From assembly GCA_965262915.1 (NCBI GenBank), contig OZ253564.1, positions 2,560,001-2,624,000 on the forward strand: a stretch of DNA of 64,000 bases, in the 5' to 3' direction. A program made the translations under genes and the position numbers. The stretch is from Candidatus Spongiisociaceae bacterium. Lineage in GTDB: Bacteria; Actinomycetota; Acidimicrobiia; Spongiisociales; Spongiisociaceae. The stretch's first letter is position 1, and each line of letters starts with the position of its first letter. Positions 56,201 to 64,000 of this stretch are shown one piece after another. The notes beneath the pieces are model-generated. The model did no database searches and was not told where the DNA came from. It saw only the letters and a program-made list of their open reading frames with translations.

Positions 56201-58019
56201 GCAACGTAGCGTAGAGGTTCTCGGCCACCTTGAGCGGTACCACCCGGGCCAGGCGCTCCACGTCGGCGTTCCGGAGTTGCTTGACCGATCCGAACTCGCG
56301 GATGAGGGCCTTCTTGCGGGCCGGACCTATGCCGTACACGTCATCGAGGATCGAGTCGATCATCCGCTTCCCGCGGAGTTGCCGGTGGTACATGAGAGCG
56401 AATCGGTGCGCCTCGTCACGGACCCGCTGGAGGAGGTGCAGTGCCGGTTGGTCCCGCGGGATCACGATGGGCTCCGGCTGTCCGGGTACGTAGACCTCCT
56501 CCATTCGTTTGGCCAGACCGGCTACCGGGACGTCGAGGTCGAACCGGTCGAGAACCTCAACCGCCCTTCCGATCTGTCCCGGCCCGCCGTCGATAAGCAC
56601 CAACGAGGGGGGATAGGCGAACTTCCCTCGCTCGGAGACGGGCTTCTCCAGGTCCTGCAGGTAGGCACTGAAGCGACGCCTGATCACCTCTTCGATGGAG
56701 GCGAAGTCGTCCTGACCCTGCACCGTGCGGATCCGGAACCGCCGGTAGTGGCTCCTGCGTGGGAGTCCGTCCTCCAGCACCACCATCGCTCCGACCGTGT
56801 GGCGCCCTTGGATGGTGGATATGTCGTAGGCCTCGATTCGCAACGGCGGCTCCGGCAGGGCCAGCACCGTCTGGAGGCTTCGCAGGTCCTTCGCCCGGGC
56901 GTTGTGGTCGGTTTGGCGACGGAGGCGGTGGCGTAGGAAGGCTTCGGCGGCGTTGGTCTTGGCGGTCTGCATGAGCCGGCGCTTGGCCCCCCGCTTGGGC
57001 ACCCGCAGCGTCACCCGGGATCCGCGCCGCCTCGACAGCATGTCCGCCCAGGGCTCATCTTCGGGGGGCAGCGCTTCCATTAGGATCCGGCGGGGCGGCG
57101 GTGAGGCCTCGTCGTAAAGGTCCCGCAGGACGGTGGCCATGATCTGTGCCGGGGTGACATCCTCCACCTTGTCGATGATCGATCCGTACCGTCCCACGAT
57201 CCGGCCGTTCCGTACCTTCAGCACCTGTACCGAGCACTCGAGGTCGTCGCTCTCGGTGGCCATCAGGTCGAAGTCCTCCGCACGGTCGGTTACCACCTCC
57301 TGGCGAGCGACAGCCCGGCGCACGTCGCGTATCTGGTCCCTGATCCGGGCGGCCCGCTCGTACTCCAGCATCTCCGAAGAGTCCAGCATCCGCCGATCGA
57401 GCCGCGCCACGAATTCCTCGGCGCTTCCGGTCAGAACCTGAGCCAGGCCGTCCACGTACTCGGCGTACGTATCTTGGTCGACGTATCCGACGCAAGGCGC
57501 CGAGCAACGATCGATCTCGTACTCGATGCACGGGCGTTCCTTCAGTTGGTGGCGGCGGAAGACGGTGTCGGAGCAGGTACGGACGGGGAGGGACTTGAGG
57601 AGCAGATCGAGGGTGTTGCGTATGGCGTATGCGTGGGCGAAGGGCCCGAAGTACTGGGTGCCCTTCTTCTTGGAACCCCGCACGACGCGGGCGCGGGGCC
57701 ACTGGTCGGAGCGGGTGATGGCCAGGTACGGGTAGCTCTTGTCGTCCCGCAGCCGGATGTTGAAGCGGGGCAGGTGCTCCTTGATCAGCGAATACTCGAG
57801 GAACAGGGCCGCTACCTCGCTGTCCACCACGATCCACTCCACCCGGTCCGAGGCCTCGATCATCGCCCGGGTCCGGGGGGCGAGGTCCCTCGTGAAGTAG
57901 GACGCCACCCGCTTGCGCAGCGACTTCGCCTTGCCCACGTAGGTCACCTGACCGTGGGCGTTCCGGAACAGGTATGCGCCAGGCGCGTCGGGTATCTCGG
58001 CGGACTGGGGTCGCTTCAC
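56187..58019 (-). CDS. uvrC: Excinuclease ABC subunit C
   Basis: YVGKAKSLRKRV, LRDDKSYPY, IEAYDIS, RDEAHRFA, HhH GIGP. Confidence 0.97.
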   Translation of the reverse strand: MKRPQSAEIPDAPGAYLFRNAHGQVTYVGKAKSLRKRVASYFTRDLAPRTRAMIEASDRVEWIVVDSEVAALFLEYSLIKEHLPRFNIRLRDDKSYPYLAITRSDQWPRARVVRGSKKKGTQYFGPFAHAYAIRNTLDLLLKSLPVRTCSDTVFRRHQLKERPCIEYEIDRCSAPCVGYVDQDTYAEYVDGLAQVLTGSAEEFVARLDRRMLDSSEMLEYERAARIRDQIRDVRRAVARQEVVTDRAEDFDLMATESDDLECSVQVLKVRNGRIVGRYGSIIDKVEDVTPAQIMATVLRDLYDEASPPPRRILMEALPPEDEPWADMLSRRRGSRVTLRVPKRGAKRRLMQTAKTNAAEAFLRHRLRRQTDHNARAKDLRSLQTVLALPEPPLRIEAYDISTIQGRHTVGAMVVLEDGLPRRSHYRRFRIRTVQGQDDFASIEEVIRRRFSAYLQDLEKPVSERGKFAYPPSLVLIDGGPGQIGRAVEVLDRFDLDVPVAGLAKRMEEVYVPGQPEPIVIPRDQPALHLLQRVRDEAHRFALMYHRQLRGKRMIDSILDDVYGIGPARKKALIREFGSVKQLRNADVERLARVVPLKVAENLYATLHGTA

Positions 58020-58091
58020 AGGATGGCTCCTCGGGTCCGAGGCTACCCGGTTCCGGTTGCGGGTCGGGTCACGGCCGAATGGCGTGGGGCC

Positions 58092-58129
58092 GGCGCATAC
58101 CACACCGCCATTTCACAGACAGACCACTA
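58092..58129. repeat. Family-C right-end fragment
   Basis: GCGCATACCACACCGCCATTTCACAGACAGACCACTA aligns with 23404-23440. Confidence 0.65.
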
Positions 58130-58288
58130 AGAGGGCTAGCGGATAGGTGCTCACCTGGGGAGACACGGGCTGCGACATTTCAAGAGCCGCCCGCGATGAC
58201 CTGGGGTTTCCCGACCAGCAGCCGCCTCGGAATGACTACACGGGCGAGCGCGCTCCGCCTATCCGCTAGCCCTCTAACTCCGGATGGG

Positions 58289-60370
58289 TCAGCCGAAGGC
58301 GCCGAACCAGCGGTCGTGAACCTGGCGGTAGACGCCGCTCTCGATCAGTTCCAGCAGCACCAGGTTGATCCTCTCGCGCAGATCGGTATCCTCCTCGCCG
58401 AGCATCATCCCGTACTGGACCTTTTCGAAGAGCGGACCGACGGTGGCTACCGCGCCTGCGCCCTCACGGGCGGCATGGAAACGCAGCACCGGCGCGTCGA
58501 AAACGATGGCCTCGACATCGCCCACAGCCAGGAGGTCGTAGGCCTCGTCGATCTCCTCCACCAGCACCGGACCGACCCCGAGCGCCACCATGTAGGTCTC
58601 CCCGGTGGATCCGGATACCGCGGCCACGCGATGGCCCGGCAGATCGGCGGGGCCCGAGATTTCGCCCCGCAACTCGTTCACGGCCAGCGAGGAGGCGATC
58701 GCGGCGGTGAAACTGGCGAAGACGAGGGTTCCGAGGGCGATCCAGACCAGGGCGAACACCCGCCCCAACCCGCCCCGTGCCACCTTGTCGCCGTACCCGA
58801 CCGTGCTCATGGTCACCACCGACCAGTAGAACGAGTCCCAGATTCCCCGGCGGTAGGGTACGGCGAAGTCGGGGTTGTGATGGCGTTCCAGCCACCAGAT
58901 CAAGTGGGCGGCCACCAGGACCGCCACCCCGAATACGATCAGCAGCCACGGCAGATCGGATGAGGCGATGGCTCGGAGGAAGGCCAGGATACGATCCCCG
59001 ATACCCTCCGAGGCGTCGGTGGGCGTCATGACGGTCAGGCCCGTGTCGAGCACCGGCAACGAGAAGTCCACCACCTCCTCACGTGGTCCGGTTATAACCA
59101 CGCCTCCCAGGCCCAACCGGGCGACACCGCGGGTTATGTCGTCGATCTGCTTGGCGACGGTATCCACCGCATAGATCTCCACCTGCATGCCGAGGCGGGC
59201 CCCGATGAGGCGCACCAGCGCCACCTCGAAGCCGCTGTAGGCGCGGTTCTCGTAGATCACGAAGGGTGGGAGGGTGCGCGCCGCCACCCTGAGTACACCT
59301 CCTGCTGCCATCGCATCCGTCCGCGAGTCGTCCAATGCCATGGCGTCGGGGTCCGAGGTCTCGATCCAACGGTTGACCGCAGCCTCGTTGGCCGCCACCC
59401 ACTCCCGGGCGTGGCGCCGGATATCCCCGGGATCCCCCTCGTCCTCGACCATCAGCGCGTTCTGGGCCGAGATGTCGTCGAGAGGGATCACGACCTGCTC
59501 CAGGAGCCTGCGAACCGACGGGTTGGCTTCCAGGAAGCCGGAGTTGGCCACCGCCCGGATGTCGTTGGGGGGCCAGCCGACCTGGCACGGATCGTTCGCG
59601 CACCCGGGAATGCCGGGAATGGTGGTCTGGTCGAGGAAGGAGACCTGACCCGGAGGAAGGGATGGGAACGGTGTCTCCAACCACACCACGTCTCTGCCGG
59701 GCACCAACTCGCCGACCGTCCAGTTAGGGGTCCATGTGTAGTACAGGACGGGTGCTCCGGCGTGGTAGCGGGTGATGGTCTCGGCTATCCGGGGCGAGTA
59801 GTCCCCTTGGACCTGTTCCACTGTTGCCGACAAACCGTAGGCGCCGAGATGGTGGTCGATGATCTTGGCGCAGGCCCAGCCGGCTTCACAGCCGACCAGG
59901 TCGGCCCGGCCGTCACCGTCGACATCGAACAGGGCGGCGATACGCGGATCAGCAAGATCCCCGAGGTTGGTGATACCGTGCGCCTCGGCGGTCACCCGAT
60001 CGACGAAATAACCCTGCAAGGCTCCGTCGTCGACCTGCTTTCCGACCGGCTCCACGACGTTGGGCTCGATGAACAGGTCGTGGGAGGGGAACCAGCCGTT
60101 GGCCCACATGTCCACATCACCGCTTGCCGCGGCTCGGTAGAAATCCGGGTTGTCCATGGTGACCGGATCCTCCACGCGGTAGCCCAGGCGTTGGAGCAGG
60201 ATCCGGTACACCTCTGCCTGGAACCAGCCGGTGTCCCACGTCGCTCGGGCCATCCGCACCGTTGGTTCGTCGGCCGACCCGTCATCCGACTGGGCTGTGG
60301 TCGTCCCGCCAAGCACAAGGGCTAGAACGGTTGCCGCGAGCACGGGAACGAGGATGACAGTACGGCGCAT
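58289..60370 (-). CDS. ProX-type betaine-binding domain fused to a GluR0-like ligand-gated K+ channel
   Basis: Signal peptide; ProX (WANGWFP, DLVGC..GW.C, WTPNW); S1 (PPFV, SGFE, REEVVDFS); M1; pore TMSTVGYGD; M2 SFTAAIASS; S2 (GSTG, FDAPVL). Confidence 0.85.
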   Translation of the reverse strand: MRRTVILVPVLAATVLALVLGGTTTAQSDDGSADEPTVRMARATWDTGWFQAEVYRILLQRLGYRVEDPVTMDNPDFYRAAASGDVDMWANGWFPSHDLFIEPNVVEPVGKQVDDGALQGYFVDRVTAEAHGITNLGDLADPRIAALFDVDGDGRADLVGCEAGWACAKIIDHHLGAYGLSATVEQVQGDYSPRIAETITRYHAGAPVLYYTWTPNWTVGELVPGRDVVWLETPFPSLPPGQVSFLDQTTIPGIPGCANDPCQVGWPPNDIRAVANSGFLEANPSVRRLLEQVVIPLDDISAQNALMVEDEGDPGDIRRHAREWVAANEAAVNRWIETSDPDAMALDDSRTDAMAAGGVLRVAARTLPPFVIYENRAYSGFEVALVRLIGARLGMQVEIYAVDTVAKQIDDITRGVARLGLGGVVITGPREEVVDFSLPVLDTGLTVMTPTDASEGIGDRILAFLRAIASSDLPWLLIVFGVAVLVAAHLIWWLERHHNPDFAVPYRRGIWDSFYWSVVTMSTVGYGDKVARGGLGRVFALVWIALGTLVFASFTAAIASSLAVNELRGEISGPADLPGHRVAAVSGSTGETYMVALGVGPVLVEEIDEAYDLLAVGDVEAIVFDAPVLRFHAAREGAGAVATVGPLFEKVQYGMMLGEEDTDLRERINLVLLELIESGVYRQVHDRWFGAFG

Positions 60371-60579
60371 GGTTCTATCCGTCTGGGGGCACACCGAAGG
60401 TTAGCGATAGTTGAGCAGACGTGAAACGAACTATGAAGAAAATGAATGAATGGCCGACACGGTGTCGGCTCCCGGATGTAGGATTTTGTGACCGGAGGAA
60501 CTCCGAGAATGGCCGGTGACGGCTAGAGACAGCTACAGAGAGGAGCGACAGATGGTTTGTTGCGACACAGGTTCGCGCC

Positions 60580-62346
60580 ATGGCTGACGACCAGGACCTT
60601 GACCTCACCAAGATCTCCGAGGCCTACGAGGACTGGGAAGAGGAGCAAGAACGCCGCCGCGAGGCTGCCATCCGGGATCGTGGGCACTTCGAGGGTCTTC
60701 AGGTCGATGCTGACATCGACTTCTATCCCGAGGTGGCCGACCGGGAGCCCGGTGACAGGAACATAGTCAAGTGGGGATTCGACATACATCCCCAGGTGAC
60801 TTTCTCCGCCGCCGGATTCATGGTGGTGTTCATCCTGGCCACTCTGTTGTTCCCAGATCAGGCGAGCGGGGTGTTCGGCGCCGTCCTCAACTTCATCAAC
60901 GAGAAGGTGGGCTGGCTGTACATCATCTCGTTCAACATCTTCATCGGAGCCGCGCTCTACTTCGCGTTGGGCAGGTACGGCAAGATTCGACTGGGTGGTC
61001 CAAGGGCCCTTCCGGAGTTCTCCACCGGCGCCTGGTACGCCATGTTGATCTCCGCCGGTCTCGGCATCGGGCTGATGTTCTGGGGTGTGGCAGAGCCGAT
61101 CTTCCACCTGACAGCACCGCCTCCCCTGTTCGACGTAGAACCCTTGTCGGCGGGCGCGGCCAGAGCCTCACTGGCGACCTCCTACCTACACTGGGGGATT
61201 CATGGATGGGCGCTGTACGGCCTGGTAGCCCTCGCCCTGGGATTCTTCGCCTACAACCGAGGTCTGCCACTGACCTTCCGCTCGGTGTTCTATCCGATCC
61301 TCGGGCCGAAGATCTACGGCAGATGGGGCAATGCGATCGATACTCTCACCGTGGTGGCGACCCTCTTCGGTCTCGCCACCTCACTGGGATTCGGCGCGTC
61401 ACAGGCTGCCGCGGGGCTGAACAAGGTCTTCGGTCTCCCGGATACCCTGTTGGTCCAGATAGTGCTGATCGCAGGTATTACGGGGCTGGCCACCATCTCG
61501 GTGGTCGCCGGTTTGGATGCCGGGGTCAAGAGGCTCAGCCAGCTCAACGTGTGGCTGGCCGGAACCTTCCTGGTCTTCGTGCTCCTGGTCGGTCCCACCC
61601 TGTTGGTTCTCTCGCTGTACGTGGAGAGCATCGGTGTCTATCTCCAGATACTCCCGGAGTTCTCGTTCTGGAACGCCGCCTTGGTCGACACACAGTGGCA
61701 GCAGTGGTGGACCATCTTCTACTGGGGATGGTGGATCTCCTGGTCCCCCTTCGTCGGCATGTTCATCGCCCGGATATCCAAGGGGCGCTCGGTGCGGGAG
61801 ATGATCATCGGTGTGATCGTCCTTCCCTGCCTCCTGTGCTTCCTGTGGTTCGCGGTGTTCGGGGGAGCGGCCATGGATCTCCAGATGCGTGGTGAGCTGG
61901 ACGTGGCCACTGCGGTCAACGAGAACGTGGCGACCGCCCTGTTCGTGATGCTGGAGGCCTTCCCGTGGACTTACTTCGTCTCGTTAGTCGGCATCCTGTT
62001 GCTGATCTCGTTCTTCGTCACCTCGTCGGACTCGGGATCTCTGGTGGTGGACCACCTCACCTCAGGAGGAAAGCTCGACTCACCCAAACCGCAGCGCGTT
62101 TTCTGGGCGCTGATGGAAGGCTTGGTGGCCATAGTGCTGCTGATCGGAGGCGGCCTATCGGCCCTCCAGACGGCTGCCGTGGCTACCGGACTGCCTTTCC
62201 TCTTCGTGCTCCTGATCATGCTGTGGGCCCTGAAGAAGGCCTTCGATGAAGAGCTCGACCTGTTGGAGAGCCACTACGACGAGGCCATCTTCGAAGCCCA
62301 GCACAGCGGCTTGATCGAGCGACTGGGAAGTGGAGGTGAAAAGTGA
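60580..62346 (+). CDS. BCCT family (betaine/carnitine/choline) transporter
   Basis: KIRLGG, AGLGIGLMFWGVAEP, HWGIHGW, WTIFYWGWWISWSPFVGMFIARISKGR, TSSDSG. Confidence 0.95.
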   Translation: MADDQDLDLTKISEAYEDWEEEQERRREAAIRDRGHFEGLQVDADIDFYPEVADREPGDRNIVKWGFDIHPQVTFSAAGFMVVFILATLLFPDQASGVFGAVLNFINEKVGWLYIISFNIFIGAALYFALGRYGKIRLGGPRALPEFSTGAWYAMLISAGLGIGLMFWGVAEPIFHLTAPPPLFDVEPLSAGAARASLATSYLHWGIHGWALYGLVALALGFFAYNRGLPLTFRSVFYPILGPKIYGRWGNAIDTLTVVATLFGLATSLGFGASQAAAGLNKVFGLPDTLLVQIVLIAGITGLATISVVAGLDAGVKRLSQLNVWLAGTFLVFVLLVGPTLLVLSLYVESIGVYLQILPEFSFWNAALVDTQWQQWWTIFYWGWWISWSPFVGMFIARISKGRSVREMIIGVIVLPCLLCFLWFAVFGGAAMDLQMRGELDVATAVNENVATALFVMLEAFPWTYFVSLVGILLLISFFVTSSDSGSLVVDHLTSGGKLDSPKPQRVFWALMEGLVAIVLLIGGGLSALQTAAVATGLPFLFVLLIMLWALKKAFDEELDLLESHYDEAIFEAQHSGLIERLGSGGEK

Positions 62347-63281
62347 TCAAGAGATCAAGCACACTGATCGCCGCTGTCGCGGCTTTCGTGCTGGTGCTCT
62401 CGGCCTGCGGCGTCGAAGACGAAGGTGGGCCCGTGGCCATAGCCCGGGCCAACTGGGACTCCGGCTACATGCAGGCCGCCATCTATGCACAGCTGATCGA
62501 GGAACTCGGGTACGAGGTCACCGATCCCGCCGCCAGCACCCTTAGCCCCTATTCGTTCTATCCGGCGTTGGCCGCCGGCCAGTACGATCTGTGGGCCAAC
62601 GGGTGGTTCCCCCTCCACGATATCTACCTGGAAGGAGAAAACGTTACCGGCCAGGCGGTCGAACTACCCATCGAAGAGGTGGGTTGGCAAGTGGCCCAAG
62701 GGGCCACGGACGGCCTGATGATCGACAAGGCCACGGCTGACAGCTACGGCATCACCTCGATGGACGGCGTGGCTGCCAATGCCGGTCTCTTCGACGGGGG
62801 CGACGACGGCAAGGCCGATCTGATCGGATGCAACGTCGGATGGGGATGTGAAACCGCCATCAACGAACAGATCGCCAATGAGAGTTGGGGCGCCGGGGTC
62901 GAACAGATCTCCGGTGTTTACAACGACTTGGCCGAAGGCGTCGTGGCGAAGGTAGCCGCTGGTGAGCCGGCACTGTTCTACGCTTGGACACCCAACTGGA
63001 CGAACACCGTCCTGGTGGCGGGCGACAACGCGGTATGGCTGCAGTCCAACGTGAATGACATCCGGGCAGTAGCCAACAGTGACTTCCTGGATGCAAACCC
63101 GGATATCCGCCTTCTCCTCGAGGAGGTGGTCATTCCGTTGGGTGACATCGCAGCGCAAAACGCCAAGATGGCAGCCGGAGACTACACCGAGGCTGACGTC
63201 GAAGCTGACGCCCAAGCATGGATTGCCAGTAATCGGGACAAGGTCGACAGCTGGCTGGCAACAGCGCGAGCCGCCGGCTGA
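62343..63281 (+). CDS. Glycine betaine/proline-binding lipoprotein (ProX/OpuAC-like)
   Basis: Lipobox LSAC, RANWDSG, WANGWFP, GCNVGWGC, WTPNW; GTGA overlap with the BCCT stop. Confidence 0.88.
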   Translation: MIKRSSTLIAAVAAFVLVLSACGVEDEGGPVAIARANWDSGYMQAAIYAQLIEELGYEVTDPAASTLSPYSFYPALAAGQYDLWANGWFPLHDIYLEGENVTGQAVELPIEEVGWQVAQGATDGLMIDKATADSYGITSMDGVAANAGLFDGGDDGKADLIGCNVGWGCETAINEQIANESWGAGVEQISGVYNDLAEGVVAKVAAGEPALFYAWTPNWTNTVLVAGDNAVWLQSNVNDIRAVANSDFLDANPDIRLLLEEVVIPLGDIAAQNAKMAAGDYTEADVEADAQAWIASNRDKVDSWLATARAAG

Positions 63282-63316
63282 TAGGTCGAGAACCGAGACA
63301 GCAAACAGCGAAAAAG

Positions 63317-63357
63317 AAGACCCGGCTCCTCATCGATTCATGAGGAGCCGGGTCTTT
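63317..63357. terminator. Bidirectional intrinsic terminator
   Basis: Perfect 17-bp stem AAGACCCGGCTCCTCAT / ATGAGGAGCCGGGTCTT between convergent genes, with A-tract and short T-tract flanks. Confidence 0.85.
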
Positions 63358-63377
63358 GCGTGGCTGGGCGAACCTTG

Positions 63378-64000
63378 CTATCGCCGCCGCCACCGGATCG
63401 CCATGAGGTGAGGGATGTCCCGGTGCTTCGCGAGGATCGGATCCCTGGTGGCCGCGCCCGACCCGACGCCCTGCTCCCGCATCTCCTCCAGTATCCATCC
63501 CGCCGCGGCGGCTTCGGTCAGCAGCGTTCCGATCGGCCGATGGATGAACTCGACGGTCCGATCTCCGGCTGGATCACGGGTCTGCCCCTCAGTCAAATAG
63601 CTGCCGAATCTCCAGAACAGTTCACCGTCGGTCGGGTCGAGTACAGGTCCCGATTCCGGTGCCGTGTAGACCGGGTGGTTGATCACCGCCGCCAGAAATC
63701 CGCCCGGACGGGTCACCCGCGAAGTCTCCGCGAAGAAGAGTCGGGAGTCACCCAGGTGTTCGAGGGTCAGAACTATGTAGGCGCCGTCCACCGCCGCATC
63801 CCGCACGCACGCCATGTCCGGTAGATGGTTGATGAGGACAGGATGGCTGCGGGCGGCGATCCGGGCGAGATCGATGTTGAGGTCGACTCCGATAACACGC
63901 GCTCCCCTGGCGGCTACCAGATCCTGGATCCGGCCGTCGCCGCATCCGAGGTCGAGCAAGACCTGACCACCCACCGGCCCTAACACCTCCAGGAAGAGGG
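63378..64000 (-). CDS. Class I SAM-dependent methyltransferase (5' end outside window)
   Basis: LLDLGCGDG, IGVD, RPGG. Confidence 0.85.
   Translation of the reverse strand, partial: LFLEVLGPVGGQVLLDLGCGDGRIQDLVAARGARVIGVDLNIDLARIAARSHPVLINHLPDMACVRDAAVDGAYIVLTLEHLGDSRLFFAETSRVTRPGGFLAAVINHPVYTAPESGPVLDPTDGELFWRFGSYLTEGQTRDPAGDRTVEFIHRPIGTLLTEAAAAGWILEEMREQGVGSGAATRDPILAKHRDIPHLMAIRWRRR

Overview
High-GC bacterial DNA, almost certainly actinobacterial: it has a mycothiol-dependent formaldehyde dehydrogenase pair, a uvrC-rapZ-pgk-tpiA-secG block and leaderless-type starts. Acidimicrobiia is a plausible but unproven guess. The left ~50 kb is an accessory catabolic and transport region (peptide-, sulfonate- and branched-chain-type ABC systems, a hydroxycinnamoyl-CoA hydratase/lyase with an ADP-forming acyl-CoA ligase, a DMFase-like protein, CocE, AtuA, PhyH, a phosphotriesterase, dehydrogenases). 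The right part is housekeeping plus a betaine-type osmolyte locus. Most notable: (1) a 1383-bp tnpB-only element bounded by 24-bp terminal inverted repeats and an 8-bp target duplication (DDE-type ends, unlike IS200/IS605/IS607). Its tnpB carries one in-frame TGA at a Zn-finger Cys inside a perfect hairpin. (2) A stack of CTAG-joined MITEs around an IS630, including a ~390-bp MITE that shares a TGTCAC-N10-(T/C)AnnnT promoter-like motif with tnpB. (3) A ProX-GluR0-type K+ channel fusion divergent from a BCCT plus ProX lipoprotein pair. All calls come from reading motifs by eye; no database searches were run.
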